Below, in pieces: positions 1 through 12,771 of a DNA stretch of 64,000 bases. Origin of the DNA: Verrucomicrobiales bacterium. Its GTDB lineage: Bacteria > Verrucomicrobiota > Verrucomicrobiia > Limisphaerales > UBA9464. The stretch spans positions 596-64,595 of the forward strand of contig JAEUHD010000275.1 of the NCBI GenBank assembly GCA_016793645.1, written 5' to 3'. Each line of letters starts with the position of its first letter. Within the stretch, counting starts at the first letter, position 1. Below the pieces are notes generated by a model. The model searched no databases and was not told where the DNA came from. It saw nothing but the letters and a program-made list of their open reading frames with translations. The position numbers and the translations under genes were made by a program.

Positions 1-2
1 TC

Positions 3-692
3 CATTCGGCCCAGTTTTGGGATGGCCGGGCGGCCACGCTGGAGGACCAGGCCAAGGGACCGGTGTTGAATCCGGTGGAGATGGCCATGCCGGGACCCGA
101 GGTGGTCCTGGAGCGGTTGAATGCCGACCCGACCTATGTGGCCGCCTTCAAGAAGGCGTTCCCCGGGGAGACGACTCCGGTGAATTACGACAACTTTGCC
201 CGTGCCGTGGCCGCGTTCGAGCGGACCCTGATCACCCATGATCGTTTCGATGACTTCTTGAAGGGGAACAATCAGGCGTTGACCTCGAAGGAACTGGAAG
301 GCCTCCAGCAGTTTCTCTCCGTGGGCTGCACCACCTGCCACTACGGCCCTTTGGTCGGGGGCAACAACTTCAAGAAGCTGGGGATTGTCAACGTGTACGA
401 GATTTCGGACGACAAGGGGCGCATCTCCGTCACCAAGGAGGAATTCGATGAGATGGTTTTCAAGGTGCCGAGCCTCCGAAACATCGCCCTCACCGCACCC
501 TACTTTCACAATGGCCTCCAAAAGACGCTCCCGGAGACTGTGAAGAAGATGGCCTGGCTTCAGTTGGGGCTCGATCTCAAGCCGGAGCAGGTGGACAGTA
601 TTGTGGCCTTTCTGGGATCCCTGACCGACAAGAGTCGCGGGGGGAGCAAGAAGAGCGCGTCGCTGGGCGGATTGCCGGCGGGATCGCCCTAG
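3..692 (+). CDS. Di-heme cytochrome c peroxidase (CcpA/MauG family), 5'-truncated by the window edge
   Basis: Frame is open from base 3 (HSAQFWDGRAATLEDQAKGPVLNPVEM). Contains CTTCH heme motif, FKVPSLRNIALTAPYFHNG and stop TAG at 690-692. Confidence 0.93.
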   Translation, partial: HSAQFWDGRAATLEDQAKGPVLNPVEMAMPGPEVVLERLNADPTYVAAFKKAFPGETTPVNYDNFARAVAAFERTLITHDRFDDFLKGNNQALTSKELEGLQQFLSVGCTTCHYGPLVGGNNFKKLGIVNVYEISDDKGRISVTKEEFDEMVFKVPSLRNIALTAPYFHNGLQKTLPETVKKMAWLQLGLDLKPEQVDSIVAFLGSLTDKSRGGSKKSASLGGLPAGSP

Positions 693-872
693 CCCGGACA
701 TCTCACACTCTTTCTACTGCGGCTGGCTGCAAGCCCATCTGGCGGCGTTGGCCTCGCGTTCCTCGCCGGACAGTATGTCCCCATACAGTCCGGCTCGGAA
801 TCGCTTCGGCCGCCTTGCCAGATGGGCTTTCGCTGCGCCTCGCGACGAAAGGTTGTGAAATATCCGGGCTAG
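689..872. mobile_element. Putative MITE (176 bp, 693-868) with 22-bp imperfect terminal inverted repeats, flanked by CTAG on both sides (candidate 4-bp target-site duplication)
   Basis: Left end CCCGGACATCTCACACTCTTTC (693-714) versus reverse complement of 847-868 CCCGGATATTTCACAACCTTTC gives 18/22 identity. CTAG at 689-692 and 869-872. Internal perfect 13-bp inverted repeat at 731-743/817-829 and hairpin at 765-794. No transposase ORF. Confidence 0.7.
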
Positions 873-929
873 TCGCAGTCCCCGGTGAACCGGGCGCTCG
901 GGCATCCGGTTCCCAATTCACGATTTCCG

Positions 930-972
930 CGCCTTCCCGGGCGGTTTGCACCCCGGGAAGGCGTTTCTCTTT
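930..972 (+). terminator. Intrinsic terminator downstream of the ccp gene
   Basis: Perfect 12-bp stem CGCCTTCCCGGG (930-941)/CCCGGGAAGGCG (952-963) followed by TTTCTCTTT (964-972). Confidence 0.75.
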
Positions 973-1073
973 GAGCCTGGAATCGGTGTCCTGGGGCCGC
1001 CCAGGTCAATGATTTCGGGTGACATTTTCTTCCCCGATGGATTCGGGGTCCCTGAATTTCAGGCAGCGAGGTC

Positions 1074-1101
1074 TTGCCAAAGCGGGCTTCGTTCATAGGC
1101 T
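1074..1101 (+). promoter_or_regulatory. Putative sigma70-type promoter for yajC-secDF
   Basis: TTGCCA (1074-1079), 16-nt spacer, TAGGCT (1096-1101), ending 23 nt before the ATG at 1125. Confidence 0.55.
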
Positions 1102-1124
1102 TTGGCCTCATTTGTCACAAAACC

Positions 1125-1463
1125 ATGGGTGATTTCCCTGTTCAATTGCTGCTGGCGCTGACTCCTCCCGCCCCGAATGCCTCCCCTGAGGACCAAAAAC
1201 GGGCGATGCTGATGCAGTTGGGGATGATCGTCTTCATGGTGGTGATCTTCTGGGTCCTGCTGATCCGGCCCCAGCAAAAGAAGGCCAAGGAGCAGGCCGA
1301 CCTGTTGAAGACGCTGAAGACCGGGGACCGGGTGGCCACCACCGCGGGAATCCTCGGGACCATCACCAGCGTTCGCGACGACGCCATCACCGTCCGTTCC
1401 GGCGACACCAAGCTGGAGCTTCAAAAGAGCGCCGTCAGCCAGATCCTCGAGCGCGGCGCCTGA
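1125..1463 (+). CDS. yajC: Preprotein translocase subunit YajC
   Basis: Single TM helix then LIRPQQKKAKE...LKTGDRVATTAGILGTI. Lies directly upstream of secDF. Start moved to the internal ATG at 1125. Confidence 0.95.
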   Translation: MGDFPVQLLLALTPPAPNASPEDQKRAMLMQLGMIVFMVVIFWVLLIRPQQKKAKEQADLLKTLKTGDRVATTAGILGTITSVRDDAITVRSGDTKLELQKSAVSQILERGA

Positions 1464-1488
1464 GCCGCAGTGTTTGTCCGTCCGACTC

Positions 1489-4092
1489 ATGAATCGCACC
1501 CATCTCTGGAAGGCACTGTTTGTTGTCTTCGTCATCGCCTGGTCGCTGACCGAAATCCTTCCGCCCAAGGCGGGGAACCTGGTCAGCAAGTTCGACGAGC
1601 TCGCGTCCAATGTGGACCCCAGGTTCACCAATATCGTCGCGCGGGCCCAGGAACTGGACAAGGCGTCCCCGGATCGTGGCTACCAAAGCCTCCTGATCGC
1701 CATCGGGACGAACGACATCCGGGCGTATTTTCCCACCAACTTCGTTCCCATTGCCGCCTCCCGGAATGCCACCAACGCCACCCGGGCCATCCTCAATCGG
1801 GTCCAGCGCGCCGCGGCCGGTGAGTTCAAGCTCGGCTTGGATCTTCGGGGCGGAACCGAATTCGTCCTCGAAATGGATCTTTCCGGCCGCAGCAATGCTC
1901 CGGCGCTGACGGCGGGGAATAACTACCTCGCCGACCAGGCCGTCGAGGTGCTCCGCAAGCGCGTCGATGCCTTCGGCGTCGCGGAGCCGATCATTCAACC
2001 GGCCGGGGACAACCGCATTGTCGTCCAACTGCCCGGGCTCGAGGAATCCGCCAAGGAATCCGCCCGCGAACAGATTCAGAAGGCCGCGTTCCTTGAGTTC
2101 CGCCTGGTGGATCCGGAAAACAGCACCCACCTTCGAAGTGGGCTGATCCCTCCCGGATATGTGTTGCTGCCCATGCGCGCGCGCGATCAGAACGGGGTCG
2201 AAAGACCGGAATCCATCATTGTGAAGAGGCAGGCGGAGCAGGGGCTGGGGGGCAAGTCGATCAAGTCCGCCCGGGTCGCCCGCAATACGGTCACCGGGTC
2301 CCCGGAGATCGATTTCACCCTTAACCTTGATGCCGCGGCCGTCTTCGGCGAGGTGACCAAGAAGAATGTGGGGCAGCGCCTGGCCATTGTCCTGGATGGC
2401 GAGGTCATTTCGGCTCCGAACATCAATACTCCGATCCTGGGGGGTGCCGGACAGATCACCGGCAGCTTCACCGAGCGTGAGGCCTTCGAACTGGCAACCG
2501 CGCTGGAGAATCCGCTCGAGGCTCCGCTGAAGATTGTCGAGGAAAGCGGCGTGGATCCCTCGCTCGGTGCCGACTCGATCCGGAGCGGCATCCAGGCGGC
2601 GGTGATCGCCGTCGCCGCCGTCGCCGGATTCATGCTTGTGTACTACCTCCTCGCCGGGGTGGTCGCCAACGTCGCCCTGATGCTGAACATCCTGATCCTG
2701 CTGGGGGTGATGTGCTCACTTGATGTCACGTTCACCCTTCCCGGCATCGCGGGCATCGTGCTCACCGTGGGTATGGCCGTCGACGCCAACGTCCTGATTT
2801 TCGAACGCATCCGCGAGGAGCAGGCCGCTGGAAAGTCGGTGCGCGGCGCGCTGTCCGCCGGTTACGGCAAGGCCTTCGGAACGATTCTCGATGCCAACAT
2901 CACGACCCTGATCTCGTCGGTGCTCCTCATTCTCTTTGGCACGGGTACGGTGAAGGGGTTCGGTGTCGCGCTGACCGTGGGTCTGTGTGTTTCGATGTTC
3001 ACCGCGCTCACGGTGACCCGCCTCATCTTTGACTTCCTGCTGGCCAAGACGTCCCTGCTCAATGGCGGACTTCGGATGCTGCACATCATTCGGGGCACCA
3101 ACCTGGACTTCATGAAGCTGGCCAAGCCTGCCTTCATATTGTCCTGGTTGATCATCGTCCTCGGCATTGGCTACGGAATCGTGGGCCGTGGGGCGAATCT
3201 CCTGGGAGTCGAGTTCAAGGGCGGCGACCGGCTGACCCTCCAGTTCTCGCAGAAGGTCCCCGTCGACCAGATCCGGGCGGAGGTGCTTCGCCTCAACAAG
3301 GGCGATGCCACCATCGGTTACAGCCGAAGCGCCGGAGGCGGGGGCGCCACCGGGGAGACCCTGCGCATTTCCGCCGCGGAGGGCACCAGCGCCCAGATCG
3401 AGGAGGCCCTCAACAAGGCATTCCCACAGGCGGGCTTCAAACGGATCGAGCTGCAAAAGATCGGGCCGACCGTTGGACAGGAGATCCAAAAGTCCGCGGT
3501 CATCGCGAGCCTGCTCTCCCTCTTCGGAATTCTGATCTATGTCGCGTTCCGCTATGAGTTCAGTTTTGCGGTGGGTGCCGTGCTTGCGGTGCTCCACGAC
3601 GTGCTGATGACCATTGGCATCTACGCCCTCACCGGACTGGGGAACCAGTTGACCGGTGGATGGATCGAGGCGCGCCAATTCAATGCCACGTTCATTGCCG
3701 CGCTGCTGACGATCATCGGGTTCTCCATCAATGACACCATTGTCATCTTCGACCGCATTCGTGAGGACCTCAAGCTGGGCATCCCCGGCACCTTCCGGGA
3801 ACTGCTGAACCGGGCGCTCAACCAGACGCTGAGCCGGACGATCATCACCTCGGGTACGGTCCTCCTGGCCACCATCGCGCTGTACCTGTTCGGTGGTGGG
3901 GCGGTCAACGACTTCGCGTTCACCTTCCTGGCCGGCATCATCACCGGAACCTACTCCTCCATCTACATCGCCAGCGCGCTGGTGTTGTGGTGGCACAAGG
4001 GCAAGCGCCCGGTGCTGGGCGCCGGGGTTCCGATGGTCAAGCAGGACGGCGAGGTCGGCTCGGTGCACCGGCCGGTGCGCGAAGCCGCCTGA
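1489..4092 (+). CDS. secDF: Fused protein translocase subunit SecDF
   Basis: SecD motifs LGLDLRGG, LRKRVDAFGVAEP and GMAVDANVLIFERIREE. SecF motifs GVEFKGG and GFSINDTIVIFDRIRE. Start is 1474 (GTG) or 1489 (ATG). Confidence 0.96.
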   Translation: MNRTHLWKALFVVFVIAWSLTEILPPKAGNLVSKFDELASNVDPRFTNIVARAQELDKASPDRGYQSLLIAIGTNDIRAYFPTNFVPIAASRNATNATRAILNRVQRAAAGEFKLGLDLRGGTEFVLEMDLSGRSNAPALTAGNNYLADQAVEVLRKRVDAFGVAEPIIQPAGDNRIVVQLPGLEESAKESAREQIQKAAFLEFRLVDPENSTHLRSGLIPPGYVLLPMRARDQNGVERPESIIVKRQAEQGLGGKSIKSARVARNTVTGSPEIDFTLNLDAAAVFGEVTKKNVGQRLAIVLDGEVISAPNINTPILGGAGQITGSFTEREAFELATALENPLEAPLKIVEESGVDPSLGADSIRSGIQAAVIAVAAVAGFMLVYYLLAGVVANVALMLNILILLGVMCSLDVTFTLPGIAGIVLTVGMAVDANVLIFERIREEQAAGKSVRGALSAGYGKAFGTILDANITTLISSVLLILFGTGTVKGFGVALTVGLCVSMFTALTVTRLIFDFLLAKTSLLNGGLRMLHIIRGTNLDFMKLAKPAFILSWLIIVLGIGYGIVGRGANLLGVEFKGGDRLTLQFSQKVPVDQIRAEVLRLNKGDATIGYSRSAGGGGATGETLRISAAEGTSAQIEEALNKAFPQAGFKRIELQKIGPTVGQEIQKSAVIASLLSLFGILIYVAFRYEFSFAVGAVLAVLHDVLMTIGIYALTGLGNQLTGGWIEARQFNATFIAALLTIIGFSINDTIVIFDRIREDLKLGIPGTFRELLNRALNQTLSRTIITSGTVLLATIALYLFGGGAVNDFAFTFLAGIITGTYSSIYIASALVLWWHKGKRPVLGAGVPMVKQDGEVGSVHRPVREAA

Positions 4093-4147
4093 ATCCGGGT
4101 GCCGGGTCGGGGTCGCGGCGGTTCCGGAGCCGTACCCCGCCCTTGGG

Positions 4148-4909
4148 TCACGGATTTGGTGCACTGCGCAGATCCACGAGGGCGGCCTGAAGGACTGCCA
4201 GGGCGGCGGTCACGGCCGTTTCCACCCTCAGGACGTGCGGCCCGAGGCTGATGGCCCGGGCTCCTGCGTCCCGAAACAGGTGGTACTCGGCCTCGGAGAA
4301 GTCACCTTCCGGTCCGATCAGAATTCCCAGGCTTGCCGGCAGACGGCCCAGCCGGGAGCGGTGCTCGTCAAGAATCCGGCTGGGACTCGTTGGGGAATCG
4401 ATGAGGGAGGCGACGAGCAGGAGTTCCGGGAGGTTCCCCTGCTGAAGCCAGGCCCCGGGTGTGATCGGTGTGCCGACCTCCATTCGCCAGGGATTCCCCG
4501 ATTGTTTCGCCGCTTCATGGGCAATGCCCTGCCAGCGGAGTCGCTTGGTCTCCGGATCGTCGGGACGGCTGACACTGCGCTCCGAAAGCAGTGGGAGGAC
4601 CCGGGAGCAGCCCAGCTCCACCGCACGATGCAGCAACCCTTCCATCGCCGGGCCCTTGGCAATCGCCTGAAGCAGGATCAGTTCCTGGGGCCGGGGAGGA
4701 TGCTGAATCCGGTGCTCAATCCCCACCCGGACCCCGGACTTTCCGGCTGCCAGAACCCGCCCGTGCCATTCTCCGCCCGAACCGGTCAGCAGAACCACCG
4801 GGTCCCCGATCCTGATCCTGAGCACCCGCACGGCGTGATGGGCTTCGGCTTCCGGCAGGACGACCTCGGTGGCATCGGCTTGGAACCCGGGAGTGAAGAA
4901 TCGGTGCAT
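4148..4909 (-). CDS. rsmE: 16S rRNA m3U1498 methyltransferase RsmE
   Basis: MHRFF...EAHHAVRVLR, AVELG, IGPEGDFS and LGPHVLRVETA. GAGGAG Shine-Dalgarno sequence just upstream of the ATG at 4909. Confidence 0.95.
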   Translation of the reverse strand: MHRFFTPGFQADATEVVLPEAEAHHAVRVLRIRIGDPVVLLTGSGGEWHGRVLAAGKSGVRVGIEHRIQHPPRPQELILLQAIAKGPAMEGLLHRAVELGCSRVLPLLSERSVSRPDDPETKRLRWQGIAHEAAKQSGNPWRMEVGTPITPGAWLQQGNLPELLLVASLIDSPTSPSRILDEHRSRLGRLPASLGILIGPEGDFSEAEYHLFRDAGARAISLGPHVLRVETAVTAALAVLQAALVDLRSAPNP

Positions 4910-5121
4910 GTGCTCCTCGACCCGAGCTAAGTGGAAAACGGAGGGAAGGGAAAGGAGTGAGATGCGGGTACGCATCCGCCGAAATCCGCCACACGCGAGC
5001 CCTGGCATCCGTGGCGACGTCATTAGGCCGGGAGGGGATCATCCGGGGCACGGGCCGTGGTGGCTAATTCACGGTGGGCCTGATACCGGATGGAAGACCC
5101 GCCGCAGTCTCCAAAAACATT

Positions 5122-5180
5122 TTGCGTCGTGAGAAACGCGTCCAGTACGTTCGCCCGGATGCACACGGGCGGCCGTGTGC
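5122..5180 (+). promoter_or_regulatory. Possible gltB promoter plus 5'-UTR hairpin
   Basis: TTGCGT (5122-5127), 18-nt spacer, TACGTT (5146-5151). Hairpin GCACACGG-GCGG-CCGTGTGC at 5161-5180, 20 nt before the ATG at 5201. Confidence 0.4.
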
Positions 5181-5200
5181 GAAGAGTGCACTTGTTGAAC

Positions 5201-9775
<4,575 letters not shown>

Positions 9776-9776
9776 G

Positions 9777-9800
9777 CCCCGGGTGACGCCCAACCCGGGG
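9777..9800 (+). terminator. GC hairpin immediately after the gltB stop (possible terminator or mRNA 3' stabiliser)
   Basis: CCCCGGGT (9777-9784)/ACCCGGGG (9793-9800). No U-tract. Confidence 0.35.
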
Positions 9801-9850
9801 AGTCGTCGCAGGTCCGGGACTGTTCCCGGATTGCCGGAAAGCCGGACGCA

Positions 9851-9879
9851 TTGCCACCGTGCGCCTGATCCGATAGCTT
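9851..9879 (+). promoter_or_regulatory. Putative sigma70-type promoter for the YHS-like gene
   Basis: TTGCCA (9851-9856), 17-nt spacer, TAGCTT (9874-9879). Confidence 0.6.
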
Positions 9880-9914
9880 GCCGCCGTCGAAAGCGAATCC
9901 TGTCCTTCTTGAAA

Positions 9915-10196
9915 ATGAAACTCCTCCACGTGGTCTCCGTTGCGGCCGCCCTCGCGAGCCTGCCCATGCTTCGCGGTGCGGATGCGAACAGTTCGAAGCC
10001 GAAGCCGTACACTTTGGACTACTGTCTGGTGTCGGATGAGAAATTTGAGGGCAGCGGCATGACGCCGTACGAGATGGTGAAGGATGGGCAGACCATCAAG
10101 TTCTGCTGCAAGAGCTGTTTGAAGGACTTCAACAAGGATGCGGCGAAGTACCTCAAGAAGCTCGCGGATGCGGAGAAGAAGACCGACAAGAAGTGA
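9915..10196 (+). CDS. Small secreted YHS/TRASH-like Cys-rich protein
   Basis: Signal peptide MKLLHVVSVAAALASLPMLRGA, then YTLDYCLVSDEKF...GQTIKFCCKSCLKDFNKDAAKYL. Real start is ATG 9915, not 9699. Confidence 0.8.
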   Translation: MKLLHVVSVAAALASLPMLRGADANSSKPKPYTLDYCLVSDEKFEGSGMTPYEMVKDGQTIKFCCKSCLKDFNKDAAKYLKKLADAEKKTDKK

Positions 10197-10280
10197 TCCG
10201 TCGATCCCTGGTGCCGGTCGGGAATCGGAAAGAAATCCCCACCGGCCCCGGGGTTTCGGACTCCGTGAGCGGAGATCCAG

Positions 10281-11114
10281 GTGCCTGAGTTGCCGGAAGT
10301 CGAACTGGCATTGCGTCGGATCCTACCCGGAATCCTGGGTCGGGAGATTCGCGACGTCACCCTGTGCAATTCCCGGGTGATCCGGCCGCTCCCCGCCGGT
10401 TCGTTCCTGTCTGCAGTGCGCGATCGACGCATTGAAGGGATCCGGCGCCGGGGAAAGTACCTGGTGTTTCAGCTGGGCCCGCGGCCCGCTGCGCCCGATC
10501 TGCTGCTGCTTCATCTTGGGATGAGCGGGCGACTGGAGGTCGTCAGCCCCCAGGGGAGCCGAACCCGCCACGCGGCTGCACTGTTCGACCTGGGCGATGT
10601 CGGCCTCGCCTTTGAGGATGTCCGTCAATTGGGTAGGATTCAGTTGGGCGGGGACGCCCTGGGCTCCCTGGGGCCGGAGCCTTTGGAGAAATCGTTCGGG
10701 CCGGCGTCCTTGGTGCGGATTGCGGGAAACTCTCGGCGGGGCATCAAGGTGTGCCTCATGGACCAGGGGTGCATCGCCGGTCTCGGGAACATCTACGCCG
10801 CCGAGTCGCTGTTTCGCTCCAGGATCCATCCGGCCCGGGAAGCCCGTGCGCTGAATCGGAGGGAATGGGAACGATTGTGGCGATCCATTCGGGAGGTGCT
10901 GACCGAAGCCATCGAACGGGGTGTGGACGAGTCCGGCCGCCCGGGTCCCCGCTTCTATCACCGCGCGCCTGGAGTCAGCGCCGATGCCGGCCCGACGCCG
11001 GTGTTTCAGGTCTACGATCGCGAGGGAAGACCCTGTCCAGCCTGTGGGGAACCGGTTCGGCGAATCCTCCAGTCGGGCCGGAGCACGTACTTTTGCCCAG
11101 GGTGTCAGCAATAG
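10281..11114 (+). CDS. mutM: Formamidopyrimidine-DNA glycosylase (Fpg/MutM)
   Basis: N-terminal MPELPEVE, RRGKYL, HLGMSG, H2TH motif AGLGNIYAAE and zinc finger CPACG...CPGCQ. Confidence 0.95.
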   Translation: MPELPEVELALRRILPGILGREIRDVTLCNSRVIRPLPAGSFLSAVRDRRIEGIRRRGKYLVFQLGPRPAAPDLLLLHLGMSGRLEVVSPQGSRTRHAAALFDLGDVGLAFEDVRQLGRIQLGGDALGSLGPEPLEKSFGPASLVRIAGNSRRGIKVCLMDQGCIAGLGNIYAAESLFRSRIHPAREARALNRREWERLWRSIREVLTEAIERGVDESGRPGPRFYHRAPGVSADAGPTPVFQVYDREGRPCPACGEPVRRILQSGRSTYFCPGCQQ

Positions 11115-11202
11115 TTCGGGCGGCCACGGCCTCACCCGGTGGATTCGTCATTCGACAGAAACGCCACACCCGTCCACGCTCCCACGACCGTACCGATCCA
11201 TC

Positions 11203-12747
11203 ATGGCCTCACGCACTCTGACCATCGGAATTGATTCCGGAACGCAGTCCACCAAGGCCCTCGTCGTCGACGCCCGCAATGGCCGCGTCCTGGGACAGGG
11301 AGCCGCCTCCTATGACCTGATTCCCGGCCTTCCGGCCGGAGCGAAGGAGCAACACCCGGAAACCTGGCGTGCCGCCACGATCCGGGCGGTTGCGGGTGCC
11401 CTCAAGGCGGCCCGGGCGGGGGCCGGGGAAGTGGTGGCAATCGGCGTCAGCGGACAGCAGCACGGATTCGTTCCGCTGGACCGAAAGGGGGAAGTCATCC
11501 GGCCGGCAAAACTTTGGTGCGACACCACGACGGCCGGGGAGTGCGCGGACATCACCGGTGCGCTGGGCGGTCCCAGAGCCGTGGTCCGGAAACTGGGGAA
11601 TGCGGTGCTCCCCGGATTCACCGCGGGAAAGATCCTGTGGCTCAAGCGCAACGAGCCGCGGAACTTCAGGCGGCTGGCCACGGTGCTGTTGCCCCACGAC
11701 TACCTGAACTTCTGGCTGACCGGGGAGCGGACCATGGAATTTGGGGATGCCTCCGGCACGGCATTGATGGATGTGAGGAAGCGGCGGTGGTCGTCGGAGG
11801 CCATCGCCGCGATTGATCCGGACCTCGCGGGCGCCCTTCCCGCCCTCAGATCCAGTGAACGTCCCGCCGGCGTGCTCACCGCCGAGGCTGCGCGGGAGCT
11901 CGGACTGGCTCCCGGCGTCCTCGTCAGCGCCGGGGGCGGCGACAACATGATGGGGGCAATCGGTACGGGAAACACGCGGGAAGGGGTCGTCACCGCCAGT
12001 TTTGGGACCAGCGGCACCATCTATGCCTGCTCCGGCAGGCCGGTCGTGGATCCGAAGGGGGAAATCGCCGCCTTCTGTGATTCCGCGAATCAATGGCTGC
12101 CGCTGTTGTGCACGATGAATGTGACCGTGGCCACCGAGATGGTGCGACGCGACTTCAAGCTGGATCATGCCGCGTTTGAACGTGTGGCTTCCAGGGCTCC
12201 CGCTGGCTCGGACGGCCTGGTGCTGTTGCCCTACCTTGAGGGGGAGCGAACCCCCAATGTCCCCGATGGCACCGGAGTGTATTTCGGGATCCGGACGGGA
12301 ACGTTCCGAGCGGAGCATTTTGCCCGTGCCGCAATGGAGGGGGTTACGCTGGGAATGAATTACGGACTTCGCCGCCTGGCGGCACTGGGCGTTCATGCGA
12401 AACAGGTGCGCGTCACCGGAGGGGGAGCCCGGTCCCGTCTTTGGAGGCAGATCATGGCGGATATCTTCAACGCCGAGGTGGTGACGCTCCAGGTGGGTGA
12501 GGGTGCAGGGTTTGGTGCCGCGCTCCAGGCGCTGTGGTGTTGGCGACTCGGGAAGGGGGAATCCGTTACAATTTCGGAAATCACCGATGCCTTTGTGAAG
12601 ACCAAGGGTTCCGAGAGGGCGGTGCCACAGCCCGCGGCGGTTGCCCGGTACCGGGAGCTCCAGGTGATGCAGGACGAGTTGGGACAAGTCCTCCGTCCCG
12701 CCTTTACGCGGCATCGCCGATACCTCGCCGATTGTTCGTCGCGGTGA
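11203..12747 (+). CDS. xylB: Xylulokinase (FGGY kinase family)
   Basis: IGIDSGTQSTK, GVSGQQHG, AKLWCD, GGGDNMMGAIG, LPYLEGERTP and GGGARS. Start at ATG 11203; the track's extension to 10921 overlaps mutM. Confidence 0.9.
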   Translation: MASRTLTIGIDSGTQSTKALVVDARNGRVLGQGAASYDLIPGLPAGAKEQHPETWRAATIRAVAGALKAARAGAGEVVAIGVSGQQHGFVPLDRKGEVIRPAKLWCDTTTAGECADITGALGGPRAVVRKLGNAVLPGFTAGKILWLKRNEPRNFRRLATVLLPHDYLNFWLTGERTMEFGDASGTALMDVRKRRWSSEAIAAIDPDLAGALPALRSSERPAGVLTAEAARELGLAPGVLVSAGGGDNMMGAIGTGNTREGVVTASFGTSGTIYACSGRPVVDPKGEIAAFCDSANQWLPLLCTMNVTVATEMVRRDFKLDHAAFERVASRAPAGSDGLVLLPYLEGERTPNVPDGTGVYFGIRTGTFRAEHFARAAMEGVTLGMNYGLRRLAALGVHAKQVRVTGGGARSRLWRQIMADIFNAEVVTLQVGEGAGFGAALQALWCWRLGKGESVTISEITDAFVKTKGSERAVPQPAAVARYRELQVMQDELGQVLRPAFTRHRRYLADCSSR

Positions 12748-12771
12748 AGGGGCAGGAAGCGCGTCCCGCAT

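Noticed and set aside
689-872. 6S RNA interpretation of the 184-nt rod
   Set aside because: The length fits, but the would-be central bubble is GC-rich and partly self-pairing, I see no 6S consensus blocks, and the flanking CTAG duplication favours a MITE. Not excluded without a Rfam search.
703-951. Small minus-strand ORFs 714-905 (63 aa) and 703-951 (82 aa), and plus-strand ORF 815-1012
   Set aside because: They lie within the palindromic element or terminator, and have no recognisable motifs. The 63-aa ORF, which I checked, also uses codons rare in the real genes (CTA, ATA, CGA).
10600-10650. Fpg intercalation loop reads DVRQLG in place of the usual DPRRFG
   Set aside because: A single conservative wedge-residue difference. 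All other catalytic motifs are intact, so there is not enough evidence for altered specificity or pseudogenisation.
10921-11202. N-terminal extensions in the ORF track (xylB from 10921, RluA fusion from 45897, YHS protein from 9699, msrA from 45698, rsmE from 5023)
   Set aside because: The xylB, RluA-fusion and YHS extensions overlap upstream genes in other frames. All five lack family similarity. Downstream starts coincide with the family N-termini.
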